A stretch of 61,779 bases of DNA from a virus. Lineage: Duplodnaviria > Caudoviricetes. The first letter of the stretch is position 1. Every line of letters starts with the position of its first letter. This document shows positions 1 through 9,237 of this stretch, piece after piece. The stretch is from the IMG/VR virus record IMGVR_UViG_3300048625_000096, positions 1 to 61,779 of that record; one strand, given 5' to 3'. The position numbers were made by a program, and so were the translations under genes. The notes under the pieces were generated by a model that was given only the letters and a program-made list of their open reading frames with translations, made no database searches and had not been told where the DNA came from.

Positions 1-134
1 GCAGGCTGAAACGCAGGCATCTGCTGCATAGGCTGCTGTGATGGAGGCATAGGAGGCATATCCATTGGACGACCTACTGGTGCCTGTGGCTGTGTCTGGG
101 CTAGACGTGCTGCCCACCAATCTGCATTGTTCAT
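1..134 (-). CDS. hypothetical Pro/Gln-rich protein, runs off window edge
   Basis: ATG at 134 overlaps TGA of the upstream gene (ATGA); reads MNNADWWAARLAQTQPQAPVGRP... Confidence 0.7.
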   Translation of the reverse strand, partial: MNNADWWAARLAQTQPQAPVGRPMDMPPMPPSQQPMQQMPAFQP

Positions 135-541
135 TTACGCTTCCTTGGAATCTCTAGTAGACCCATGTCTACAAGTTGCGATACGGTACCTAGCAAAGCA
201 GATAGGGTTACCTGCTCCATCATTTTGCGGCTCTCCTGCCAAATCTCAGCAGGTAGTGCCTTTAGTTCTTCTGGAAGGTTTGACCGCTGAAACTCAACGG
301 AAGCCTCCGAAAGCATGTGAGAGTATGCGTACAAGATTGGTACAAGGTAATCTACCTTCTCGATACGCTTGTCGCTCTCCTGCTCCTCGTGAATCTGTAG
401 CTCTTCACTCAAAGCACTGCAACCCAGAATAACGCTTAGCTCATGTCCGTCTTGAATCTGTGAGTCCATAATGAACGCACGTAGACGACCTGACATCTCT
501 GCGATAGATAAAGGGTTTGGCTTTTTCTTTTTCTTAAACAT
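131..541 (-). CDS. hypothetical protein
   Basis: ORF track 131..559; likelier start is ATG 541, coupled to the polymerase stop (TAATG). Confidence 0.75.
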   Translation of the reverse strand: MFKKKKKPNPLSIAEMSGRLRAFIMDSQIQDGHELSVILGCSALSEELQIHEEQESDKRIEKVDYLVPILYAYSHMLSEASVEFQRSNLPEELKALPAEIWQESRKMMEQVTLSALLGTVSQLVDMGLLEIPRKRK

Positions 542-2547
542 TATTTTGCTTCTCCCCATTTATCAACAATGTAAACCTCAGCCTTTAGAGGAACAGTAAT
601 CTGTGGAAGGCTAATACCCTCCATAGATACACGGATTGCTTCTGCCACTTCTTCCGCCTTGTCCTCTGGTGCAATGGTTACCAATTCATCGTGAACTGTC
701 AAGATAACATTAACATCCTTCTCACCTATAAAGCAAGAGTGGGCACGTACTAGAGCCAGCTTCATAAGGTCAGCTGCTGAGCCCTGAATCATAGTGTTAA
801 ATGCCTGACGTTCTGCACGTCCTAGTGGACCATACTCCTTAGCCTTTAGCTCTGGAATGTAGCGACGACGACCAAACATTGTCTCTACGTAAGGTACAGG
901 GTCAATCTGCTTAGCGTCACGAACTACCTTGGCTTTGTACTTAGCGATAGAAGAGAACTTCTCCTCAAATCGGTTTAGCAAGTCTTTAGCCTCTTGCAGA
1001 GTACAGCCGATAGATGCAGCAATCTTGTCTGGACCTACACCATATGAGATAGCAAGAACAAGAACCTTACCAGCCTTACGGTCTACGCCCATGGTGTCAC
1101 CAATGGTTGTATAAACGTCTCCACCAGTTAGGTAGTTCTCCATAAGAACTGGGTCCTTAGAAAAAGCAGCAATGATGCGTGGCTCAATCTGAGAGTAGTC
1201 AGCTACAACCAGTTTGTATCCTGGAGGAGCAACAAACAGATTACGAACCAACTTACCGTAGTCACCAGATGATGGGATGTTCTGTAGATTCGGCTCTGAT
1301 GAACTGAAACGTCCAGTCTCTGCACCATGTGCTTTGAAGTTGGTGTGTACACGTCCATTGATTAGAAGAGACTTACGCTGAGTAATCTTTTCTTTGCCGT
1401 TGGTTACACGCTTAACTTCTCCACCAGTGTACGGAGTTACGTAAGTAGTCATCAACTTGTTCAAGTCCTGATACTCAAGTAGAGCGTTAACAAGTTCATC
1501 TTTTCCACGGTAGTTCTCTAGCGCATCCGCAGATACTGAACAGTGGGTTTCGTTTAGCTTGTCGCCAGCCTTGTGAGCAGCGTGACCTTTAGGAGTAAGA
1601 GACGCTTTGAACTTAGGGTTAGGGAAAGTAAGACGAGGCTTACCACCGTCCTCCTGTGGGCCAAAGAGAAGCTTCTGCTTAGCAGGTACCGAGTTGATGG
1701 AGAATGCTTTGCCAGCCTCTTTGTAGCAACGAGCCTCAGCAGCCATCTTGCCCTTCTCAACTTCTTCTGCAAGAGTCTTGAGTGCATCTTGGTCTAGGTA
1801 AGCTCCAGCTAGCTCCATGTCGCACAATGCGCCAAGGACATCCATCTCCAGCTTCCATACCTTCTTAAGGTTTCCAGTAATCTTCTTATCTAGAACCTTG
1901 TACAGTTTCCAAGTTACCTCAGCATCGATGCCAGAATACTTAGCGACTTCTGAGAATGAGTGTAGAGCAACGTTCTCTCCAACACCCTTCTCCACTTCGA
2001 TACCTAGCTCACGCTTTACACATGCGGCAAGACCTAGCTCGAACTTGTTTAGGTTATTAACGATAAACGCAGCCATAAGGGTGTCGAAGTGTGGCTTTGA
2101 TGGAACCTGTCCTTTGTAGTATTTAGCTACAGACTTAAGGTCGAACTTAGCGTTGTGCGCCACTTTAAGAGCAGGACCAAACATGATTGGTTTGATTGCG
2201 GCAAATACCTCAGCAGGGTTCAACTGCTTAGGGGCTTCACCAAACTTAGCAATCCACTTCTTCTGGTCTTTTGAGTAGTGAGACTCTAGTAGAGGCTTAC
2301 CCTCTGCTAGGCGACGCTCTCCTGCAAGCATTAGTGGCTTTTCCCACTCAGTGAACTCACCATTAGGGTGGCCCATTGGGATGACATCTGTGCGACCCTC
2401 AGTCGCAAAAGAAATCCAGCATACGTCATTGATGACTGGGTAGATTCGGTCTTCACCGATAGTTTCAACGTCCCACGCAAATGCGTCCACGTTCTTGTAG
2501 AAAGCGACGAAATCGTCTAGCTGTTCCTGTGTTGTAATGATGTTCAT
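541..2547 (-). CDS. polA: family A DNA polymerase with 3'-5' exonuclease domain
   Basis: ExoI DVET, ExoII HNAKFD, TGRFSSSEPNLQNIP, motif A DYSQIEPR, motif B RKAGKVLVLAISYG, motif C TVHDE. Confidence 0.97.
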   Translation of the reverse strand: MNIITTQEQLDDFVAFYKNVDAFAWDVETIGEDRIYPVINDVCWISFATEGRTDVIPMGHPNGEFTEWEKPLMLAGERRLAEGKPLLESHYSKDQKKWIAKFGEAPKQLNPAEVFAAIKPIMFGPALKVAHNAKFDLKSVAKYYKGQVPSKPHFDTLMAAFIVNNLNKFELGLAACVKRELGIEVEKGVGENVALHSFSEVAKYSGIDAEVTWKLYKVLDKKITGNLKKVWKLEMDVLGALCDMELAGAYLDQDALKTLAEEVEKGKMAAEARCYKEAGKAFSINSVPAKQKLLFGPQEDGGKPRLTFPNPKFKASLTPKGHAAHKAGDKLNETHCSVSADALENYRGKDELVNALLEYQDLNKLMTTYVTPYTGGEVKRVTNGKEKITQRKSLLINGRVHTNFKAHGAETGRFSSSEPNLQNIPSSGDYGKLVRNLFVAPPGYKLVVADYSQIEPRIIAAFSKDPVLMENYLTGGDVYTTIGDTMGVDRKAGKVLVLAISYGVGPDKIAASIGCTLQEAKDLLNRFEEKFSSIAKYKAKVVRDAKQIDPVPYVETMFGRRRYIPELKAKEYGPLGRAERQAFNTMIQGSAADLMKLALVRAHSCFIGEKDVNVILTVHDELVTIAPEDKAEEVAEAIRVSMEGISLPQITVPLKAEVYIVDKWGEAK

Positions 2548-2568
2548 GATTGCCCCGTAAAGATTATT

Positions 2569-2612
2569 GAAGGAGGCTGGAGACCTGAGGGGGGTAGGCT
2601 CCAGCCTCCTTC
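2569..2612 (-). terminator. 14-bp stem-loop between SSB and polA (terminator or processing hairpin)
   Basis: GAAGGAGGCTGGAG / CTCCAGCCTCCTTC perfect inverted repeat, C-rich loop, weak U tract. Confidence 0.6.
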
Positions 2613-2625
2613 TAGATGGAAGTGA

Positions 2626-3282
2626 CTATGAAACGAGAGTACGTGCCAACTCTAGCAGTTCTTCGCGGGGGCTCACGTAAACTGCGGTCTGGTCGTACTT
2701 AGTTACAGTAGCTGTAACTGCATCGATTTCATCTGCGTCCAACTCCCATTCTTCAGCAAGGTCGGTAGCACGTACACGTTCAACGGTGTACTGTGTGTCA
2801 CGGCCAGTGCCAAGACGAGACAAAGCCCAGTAGTGCTTGGTCAAAGGGCCACGACGTGGGTCGTCGTTTGCCGCACGAAGCTGACGTGCCAAGGTTGGCG
2901 GTGCAGTCAGAATCTGTACGTTTGGCTCTTCGTCCGAGATTACTAGAACGTTGAATGAGAACTTCGGGCGTGGCTTGTCGCCAGCGATGGTACATAGTGG
3001 ACACTCGTCGCCTAGACATACGAATGAACGCTTACCTTCGGTACGGTCAACCCAGTGCTCTTCGTAAACGATGAATGGAGCGTCGTCTAGGAAACGGACT
3101 AGGGTTGGCTGCTCTGAGAAACGGAAGTTGGTAGCGTATGCACCAGACTTCTCCTTTGGCTTTAGCTTCTCGTCTGCTGCGCCCCAACCTGCCTGAACAG
3201 TGGTGCCGTGCTTTGGTGCTGCTGAAACGCTGTCTTCTACCATGTAGCTGTTAGCGTCTACTGAAGGTTGTGCAATGGTCAT
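2626..3282 (-). CDS. single-stranded DNA-binding protein (gp32-like, putative)
   Basis: VRFLD, HW, CLGDECPLC Zn motif, SRLGTGRDTQY; located in replication module. Confidence 0.7.
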   Translation of the reverse strand: MTIAQPSVDANSYMVEDSVSAAPKHGTTVQAGWGAADEKLKPKEKSGAYATNFRFSEQPTLVRFLDDAPFIVYEEHWVDRTEGKRSFVCLGDECPLCTIAGDKPRPKFSFNVLVISDEEPNVQILTAPPTLARQLRAANDDPRRGPLTKHYWALSRLGTGRDTQYTVERVRATDLAEEWELDADEIDAVTATVTKYDQTAVYVSPREELLELARTLVS

Positions 3283-3302
3283 GTTATTTCTTCTTTCGGT
3301 CG

Positions 3303-3346
3303 GAGGCCTTACGGCTCTCGGTTAGGTTGGAGGTCTTTCGACACTC
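3303..3346 (-). promoter_or_regulatory. twin bulged GNRA hairpins in the SSB 5' leader
   Basis: GAG-T-GTC-GAAA-GAC-CTC and GAG-A-GCC-GTAA-GGC-CTC, 27 nt apart, just upstream of the RBS. Confidence 0.6.
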
Positions 3347-3821
3347 ATTTATCCAAGGAAATCTTCCAGCGGTTAATAATAGCCTCTGTTAAATCTCCTT
3401 GTTGATTCCATTCTACACGAGCGGAACCTAAAAGTCCACGACGCTCGAACTCTTCGATACAAATTTCAATAAGTTCCCGTGTGTAAACACGATTACCATT
3501 GACCTTCACACCATTCAAGTTCTTTGAACGTAGACGGTAGGGAGCGATTGGGATATACCCTTTCTTCTCCCATAGGCGAATAGTTACAATCTTCTTCTCC
3601 AGAGCGTCAGCTAGTGCTGAGATGGTGAAGACTTCTGTCTCTACCCCATTGAGGGTCTTAAGGATGGGATTTGCATCCCAACCGTTAGACTCACCCATGG
3701 CTTTTTTACGACGCTTATCTGCTACTGGAGTAGATTCACGTCGAAGTTGTTTTGAACCTGGTACGCGGTCAAGACCCTCAAAAGCTTTGAGGACTTCTTC
3801 TTCACTACGCATTCCTGGCAT
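3345..3821 (-). CDS. MerR-like HTH DNA-binding protein
   Basis: FTISALADALEKKIVTIRLWEKKGYIP...GNRVYT matches the MerR HTH pattern. Confidence 0.75.
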   Translation of the reverse strand: MPGMRSEEEVLKAFEGLDRVPGSKQLRRESTPVADKRRKKAMGESNGWDANPILKTLNGVETEVFTISALADALEKKIVTIRLWEKKGYIPIAPYRLRSKNLNGVKVNGNRVYTRELIEICIEEFERRGLLGSARVEWNQQGDLTEAIINRWKISLDK

Positions 3822-3825
3822 GGTA

Positions 3826-4254
3826 CTAGCCTATCTGATTTGAGTACTCAGGGCAATAGGCTGATACACCGCCACCAATCATGGCTCCTGCAAACTCCCA
3901 GTAAGAGTCGTCCTCAGTACCGTCTGCTGAACCAACAAGGTTAAGCATAATGTCCTGAACAGTTGCACCTGAATCTAGAGTGCTACATACCTGCTTGCCT
4001 AGGGCAATCAAGTCAGCATCTGTGTTAGCTTCGATGATTGGGTTGTTGAATGAGTGCAGTACCTGAAGGTAGATATCATCAGTAGTTAGCTCTGGAGCTA
4101 CTTCTACAGACTGAGTTTCCTGTGGAGCTGGTGCTGCGTCAGTGGTTGCTGGCTTGTTTGCTGAACCGATTAGGTAAACGATTACTAGCAGTAGACCAAC
4201 TACAACAAATGCGAATCCACGACGTTTTGTCAGTGGGGTTTTTTCTTGTTCCAT
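3826..4254 (-). CDS. membrane-anchored DUF732-like protein
   Basis: N-terminal TM helix; DDIYLQVL...LIALGKQVC...L..G...AYCP signature. Confidence 0.8.
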   Translation of the reverse strand: MEQEKTPLTKRRGFAFVVVGLLLVIVYLIGSANKPATTDAAPAPQETQSVEVAPELTTDDIYLQVLHSFNNPIIEANTDADLIALGKQVCSTLDSGATVQDIMLNLVGSADGTEDDSYWEFAGAMIGGGVSAYCPEYSNQIG

Positions 4255-4701
4255 TTACTTTACCTTTACTGTGCGTAGAGCCCAAGTGACTGTAGATGGG
4301 AACATCTCATCCAATTGGTCTTCTGTGATTTTCTCTTCATAGAATGCTGCCATAAGAGCGTCCTCGTTGAGAACCTTCTTAAGTTCGTAAACCTCATCTT
4401 GCAAACCTAGCTCTTCGATAATCATCTCAGCTTTAGGCTCGTTTAGTTTACGGACAGTGCGACGCTGTTTTTCAATGCGTCCGATTCCTTCGACAGCAGT
4501 ATCCAAATCAAACTGGATATTACCCTTCTCATCTTCGTAACCTAGTTCGTCTAGGGTTGCGAAAAGTTTTTCACGAAGTTCTTTGGCACGAGTATCCATC
4601 AGGTCGATGGTCGCCTTTACTTTGGCGTACTCGCGGATTTGAGAATTAACATCGTCTGGGTCTGCCAGACGAGATGACTCCTCTGGAATAATGTTTGCCA
4701 T
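4255..4701 (-). CDS. hypothetical protein
   Basis: 148-aa ORF with AGGAGGG RBS, in operon. Confidence 0.75.
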   Translation of the reverse strand: MANIIPEESSRLADPDDVNSQIREYAKVKATIDLMDTRAKELREKLFATLDELGYEDEKGNIQFDLDTAVEGIGRIEKQRRTVRKLNEPKAEMIIEELGLQDEVYELKKVLNEDALMAAFYEEKITEDQLDEMFPSTVTWALRTVKVK

Positions 4702-4710
4702 GGTGCCCTC

Positions 4711-6279
4711 CTATACAAGTTGATTCGTAATAAAGTTTATCAGCGAACCTACTGTCAAGTCAACACCCCCCTGGGCATTGATGTTGGAGCCATCTAAAAT
4801 AGCTCCTGCAATGTTTCCTTTTTGCTTCAACATGTCGTACTGTCTCTGCTCAATAGAATCTTTAACCAAGATATCTTGAATCGTAATACTTGGCCACTCA
4901 CTCGATGTACGGTTAATCCTACCATTACGTTGGACAGCAAGTCCAGAGCTCCATGGCTGGTCGTAATTAACTAAGAGGTTAGCTTGTGGTAAGTCAACGC
5001 CGTAGCCGCCAGCATCACTACTAACCAGTACACGGATAGTTGGAGTCGTTTGGAACTTAACTTTGGCTTCTTCTTTTTTGATGGCATTCATCTCTCCTGT
5101 ATATGCAACGGCTCCATAGCCCTTGGCGTTTAGTCTTGCGACAATCTCAGACACTGAGTCTAAGTATGATGCGAATACTACGGCCTTGTAGGTTTCGTCA
5201 ATATCTAGGTGGTCTCTCAAATAATCGATGATGGCATCTAGCTTCGGTGTTTTAGAGATGCTGTGTAGGAGGTCGCCTAGAGAATGTACGTAGGCACTTC
5301 CTTTACCAGTGTGGTTATCGAAGTTGGTGAAGCTACTCATAAGAACGTTAGGGCTAGAGCACAACATTCTCATTGCGCCAATTCTTGACATTACTTCTCC
5401 ACGTAACTCATTGGCTGGGTCACCTGGGTCGTACATAGCTCCATAATGAGCTGCAAGGTTGAAGCTGCTTCCAAAGGTTTCGCTTGCCTGCACTAGAACA
5501 GAGTGGAGGTCTTGCGCAATATGGTTGTAGAGTTTCTGGCTTGGGTTGTCCAGCTTTACAAGAATAGGCTCACGGTAGATGGCCTCTGGAAGGAACGGTT
5601 TAACGTCCTCGTCGTTCTGCGCTTTACGCACCGTGTGCTCCATAAGAATCTTGTGAAGTGTTGGAAGGTTTCTGTATCTCTGTACTCCACCAAAATGATT
5701 TCTAACAATGAAGGTCTTGTCAAACAAATCAAATCTTCCGAGAACCTTTGGGTCTACGAATTGCATAATAGAAAATACTTCTTCTGGTCTTCCGTTCTCA
5801 ATCGGAGTTCCAGTGAGTGCGAATCTAACTGCAATGTTTTTTGAGAGCTCCTTTACTTTCTTAGCTCTCTTTGCTTTGAATCCTTTAATGGCTGTTGCTT
5901 CGTCACAGACGATTGCATCAAACTCCATAGTCTTCAATGTTTCCCAGTCACCGACTACTTGTTCATAGTTCATAACAATGTAGTCGTAGTCTCTTGACTG
6001 GGCGTACTGCTCTTGACGTTTTGTAGGAGTTCCGTCAATCACTAGGGCGGTTGAGTTACTGAACTTAGTAATCTCTTTTTGCCACTGGTATTTCAAACTG
6101 GCAAGGCAGAGGACTAGAGTAGTGCCCTCTACCTCACCAGCATCTCTTAGCTGCTCTACAGCAGCAATAGTCATGGGGGTTTTACCTAGACCCATTTCGT
6201 AGGCGACCAAGATGTGCTTGGTCTCGACCATCTTTTCGACAGCCTCTACTTGGTAGGGTTTGAGTGTTCCATTAAACAT
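4711..6279 (-). CDS. SNF2-family helicase/ATPase
   Basis: LKPYQ, EMGLGKT, DEA, LTGTPIEN, GGYGVDL, QRNGRINR; likely start ATG 6279. Confidence 0.93.
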   Translation of the reverse strand: MFNGTLKPYQVEAVEKMVETKHILVAYEMGLGKTPMTIAAVEQLRDAGEVEGTTLVLCLASLKYQWQKEITKFSNSTALVIDGTPTKRQEQYAQSRDYDYIVMNYEQVVGDWETLKTMEFDAIVCDEATAIKGFKAKRAKKVKELSKNIAVRFALTGTPIENGRPEEVFSIMQFVDPKVLGRFDLFDKTFIVRNHFGGVQRYRNLPTLHKILMEHTVRKAQNDEDVKPFLPEAIYREPILVKLDNPSQKLYNHIAQDLHSVLVQASETFGSSFNLAAHYGAMYDPGDPANELRGEVMSRIGAMRMLCSSPNVLMSSFTNFDNHTGKGSAYVHSLGDLLHSISKTPKLDAIIDYLRDHLDIDETYKAVVFASYLDSVSEIVARLNAKGYGAVAYTGEMNAIKKEEAKVKFQTTPTIRVLVSSDAGGYGVDLPQANLLVNYDQPWSSGLAVQRNGRINRTSSEWPSITIQDILVKDSIEQRQYDMLKQKGNIAGAILDGSNINAQGGVDLTVGSLINFITNQLV

Positions 6280-7249
6280 AGGCCTTTTCACCGAGTATTG
6301 AAGATTTAGCGTTAGCGATGCCCCACGCAATCTCCTCATCGGTTAGGTCGCCTGGGTCTTTCTTTCCACTATCACCATAGTTGAAAAAGGCAACATTTAA
6401 ACCGTATTTGCGAGCAAATTCACGCATCTCGTCAGATGCCTTCTTGCCAGCCTTGTCTACCTTCGGGTTATCAAACGCACAGATAATACGGTCCGAGTAA
6501 CGGAGAAGCTTTATCTGGTCGTGTGATGCAGTTGAGCCACAGATGGCTACCGCACCGTGAACCCCAGCAGAAGCAAGACGCAAGCAATCGAGAGGAGACT
6601 CAACGACAACAACCACGGATTCATTTTGATTCTCAATTCCAAATAGTGTTTTAGATTTCTGTAGACCTGATGGACGGTTGAAGAAGGTGCGCTGAAGTGT
6701 GCCCTTCTCCTGCCATCCCATCAAGCGATTAAAGTGTGGCTCACGTAGTGGAAGAATCCAGTTGGCTTTCTTCTCATCCCACATTACGCCGTAGTCCTCA
6801 GCAGCTTTGGGAGTAATGTTGCGAGCATCCAAAGCGTCTGCTGGTGGAGCGACGAAAATTGCTAGGCGTGCCTCCGACATCTCCAATGGTTTTGGTGAAG
6901 CCTCAAGACGGTTAGGAAGATTCTTTACAATCTCCTTTAGCTTCTCGATTGGAATCGAAGAAACTTGTCCTAACCAAACCTGAGCTGCATCGTAGTCGTA
7001 GGTGTACTCGTCGTTCCAACCCTTGGTGTAGAACTCGTTGACATCACAGACAAGTTGAATCAGGTTGCCCTTGTAGTGGCACGAGAAACAAATGTGCTGT
7101 CCGCTGTCTAGGTTAATCCACCATGATGGAGAGTTGTCCTGTTTGCCTGTGCGCTGTTCGTGCATTGGGCAAAGAGCGTTAGCCTCGTGGTTGTGCTCTG
7201 TGTAGTCAACGCCTAGTGCATCTAGTGCGGCTTGTACGTCAAGTAACAT
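6272..7249 (-). CDS. DNA primase (CHC2 zinc finger + TOPRIM)
   Basis: CPMH...CFSC; VVVESPLDC; FDN..D.AG; KDPGD; start coupled to helicase stop (TAATG). Confidence 0.92.
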   Translation of the reverse strand: MLLDVQAALDALGVDYTEHNHEANALCPMHEQRTGKQDNSPSWWINLDSGQHICFSCHYKGNLIQLVCDVNEFYTKGWNDEYTYDYDAAQVWLGQVSSIPIEKLKEIVKNLPNRLEASPKPLEMSEARLAIFVAPPADALDARNITPKAAEDYGVMWDEKKANWILPLREPHFNRLMGWQEKGTLQRTFFNRPSGLQKSKTLFGIENQNESVVVVVESPLDCLRLASAGVHGAVAICGSTASHDQIKLLRYSDRIICAFDNPKVDKAGKKASDEMREFARKYGLNVAFFNYGDSGKKDPGDLTDEEIAWGIANAKSSILGEKAYV

Positions 7250-8496
7250 TACATACTCCAAGGGGTGCAGTACTTACAGGTAATCTGCTTTGACTCGTCG
7301 TGGAAGCAACCAGTGTCCCAGTTCCAAGTAATAGAGGTTTCAGTTGGAGGACAGTTACGAGCCTGAACAACCTTAAGGAGACGTACTGTATCGTCTTCTT
7401 CTACTGGCTCTAGACCAAGGATTACGTCTGAGTCTTGGAAGAATGATGATGAGTAACCGATTGAGTCAGCAGAAACTTTGCCACCCTTCATCTTCCATAG
7501 AAGAGTCTGAGTAGAGATTACTACTGGCTTATCCAAACGCTGAGCCATACGCTTCAATGCACGAGTGATGTTGGTCAACGCCTGTGGGGTGTTGGCCTCA
7601 CCAGTGATTGAGTCAAGCATCAAGTACACACCATCTACGAACACGATGTCTGGGTTTAGCTGTTCAGCCTTTGCCATCAGAGCGTCCACTGTAAGGCCGT
7701 TGACGGCATCAACTAGGTGGAATGGTACTTCGGTCTTCAAAGAGTCAATGCGGTCCAGCAAGCGGTCTTCTTCGGCTGCTTGGAGCTTACCACGACGCAA
7801 GCGTGCGTTAGAAATGTGCGATGACATCGACATGTAACGCTGAGTCTGCTCGTGGTTGTTCATCTCGAAAGACTGGAACATGATGACCTTGCCAGCGTCG
7901 TGGACGTTAGAAGCCATCTGCAAACAAATCTGTGACTTACCAGTCTTAGGTGGAGCAATCACGGTAATCAGCTGACCGCCCTGCAGTCCAGCAGTTGCCT
8001 CGTCAATCTTGTCAAAACCAGTAGATACACCAACAAGTTTGTTGTTCTGTACGTTCTGGTATTCTTCCCAGAACTTGTCAGGGTCTGTGGTTACGTCAAT
8101 GTGAGTGGTGCCTTGAATGCCCTGCTCGTTTACGAGTGTGACAGTCTTAGACATCTCATTGAGCGCACCCTCGTGGTCATTGATGTCAATCTTGTGTACA
8201 ACATCTTCGATACCGTTACGGGTAATGGTGCGACGACGGTACGCAACCATGTTGTCAATAAGATACTCAATGGTGTCTTCAACATCGATGCAACGGAAGT
8301 TAGGGAAGTTGTCTACAACCGCTACTAGTGAAGGAACTTCACGGTAGTTTCCGTAGTGCTCACGAACGAACTTGTACACACGGCGTAGGTCGTCGTCTAC
8401 AATCCAGTCGTCTTTGATTCCACGCTCGATAACAGGAATGATGTTGCGGTCTGCAATCACCTTGCTTACGAGGCGGTACTCGTTGTCATATGCCAT
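7249..8496 (-). CDS. DnaB-like replicative helicase
   Basis: STGFDKID, Walker A APPKTGKS, SFEM, VFVDGVYLM, QDSDVIL. Confidence 0.93.
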   Translation of the reverse strand: MAYDNEYRLVSKVIADRNIIPVIERGIKDDWIVDDDLRRVYKFVREHYGNYREVPSLVAVVDNFPNFRCIDVEDTIEYLIDNMVAYRRRTITRNGIEDVVHKIDINDHEGALNEMSKTVTLVNEQGIQGTTHIDVTTDPDKFWEEYQNVQNNKLVGVSTGFDKIDEATAGLQGGQLITVIAPPKTGKSQICLQMASNVHDAGKVIMFQSFEMNNHEQTQRYMSMSSHISNARLRRGKLQAAEEDRLLDRIDSLKTEVPFHLVDAVNGLTVDALMAKAEQLNPDIVFVDGVYLMLDSITGEANTPQALTNITRALKRMAQRLDKPVVISTQTLLWKMKGGKVSADSIGYSSSFFQDSDVILGLEPVEEDDTVRLLKVVQARNCPPTETSITWNWDTGCFHDESKQITCKYCTPWSM

Positions 8497-8515
8497 TTTG
8501 CCCTCTTCTAAAATT

Positions 8516-8932
8516 CTATAAGTTGTCTAGTTCAATTCCCCATGAACCGTACCTAGCAACCCTTTGCTGTAAATCTACCACACCTTTGAGATTACTGCGA
8601 TACGGCAACTCACCAATGAAGTCGTCAATGTCGCTGTAAAGCTCTGCGTAGTTAAACGGGTTACCGCCACGGCGGTCTAGCTTATCCATGAACTTATCCA
8701 AATGTTCTTGGGTCCATAACTCTGATTCAAAGCCAGCAAGTTCTACAGAGAGTCCGTACTTGTCGGAGATGTTCCAGAGGTGGGATAGAGCTAGGTGATT
8801 GAGCGATTTAACTTTACGCTCTGAGACTGCACGCAGTAGCTTTCGGCCATCTTCGATTTCCGAATTAGCTACAACGTCAATCACGACGATGATGCGTGGC
8901 GACGTCTCGTTTGAGATATCGCCTTTTATCAT
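8516..8932 (-). CDS. hypothetical protein
   Basis: 138-aa ORF, ATGA-coupled to the upstream gene. Confidence 0.75.
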   Translation of the reverse strand: MIKGDISNETSPRIIVVIDVVANSEIEDGRKLLRAVSERKVKSLNHLALSHLWNISDKYGLSVELAGFESELWTQEHLDKFMDKLDRRGGNPFNYAELYSDIDDFIGELPYRSNLKGVVDLQQRVARYGSWGIELDNL

Positions 8933-9237
8933 TCGATTACCTCTACCTTGCCGTACTTAAGAATGAACTCACGGAAGTCTTCAGCGGTTGCCATTGCCTT
9001 GATAGCCTCTTCGTCTGGGATGTCAACAGGAATTGAAACAGAGTAGTGTCCATCGTTCTGCTCCATCTGCTGCTTAACAAACTTGACGTGCTTGCAACGT
9101 GCTGAGTTCCCAAAGGCTGGACAGGTGCAACGAGCCTTCTTGTTATTGGTCTGGTCAACCTCAACCTCAAACACACCAGCAGTCTCTAGAAATACCTGTA
9201 CGGTACGCCAGTTAATATCCATCTGTAAACCTTTCAT
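8929..9237 (-). CDS. SWIM zinc-finger protein
   Basis: CTCPAF...CKH motif. Confidence 0.8.
   Translation of the reverse strand: MKGLQMDINWRTVQVFLETAGVFEVEVDQTNNKKARCTCPAFGNSARCKHVKFVKQQMEQNDGHYSVSIPVDIPDEEAIKAMATAEDFREFILKYGKVEVIE

Noticed and set aside
127-2119. Plus-strand and alternate-frame ORFs over polA (and similar ones over other long genes)
   Set aside because: Shadow ORFs of well-supported minus-strand genes, with no recognisable motifs
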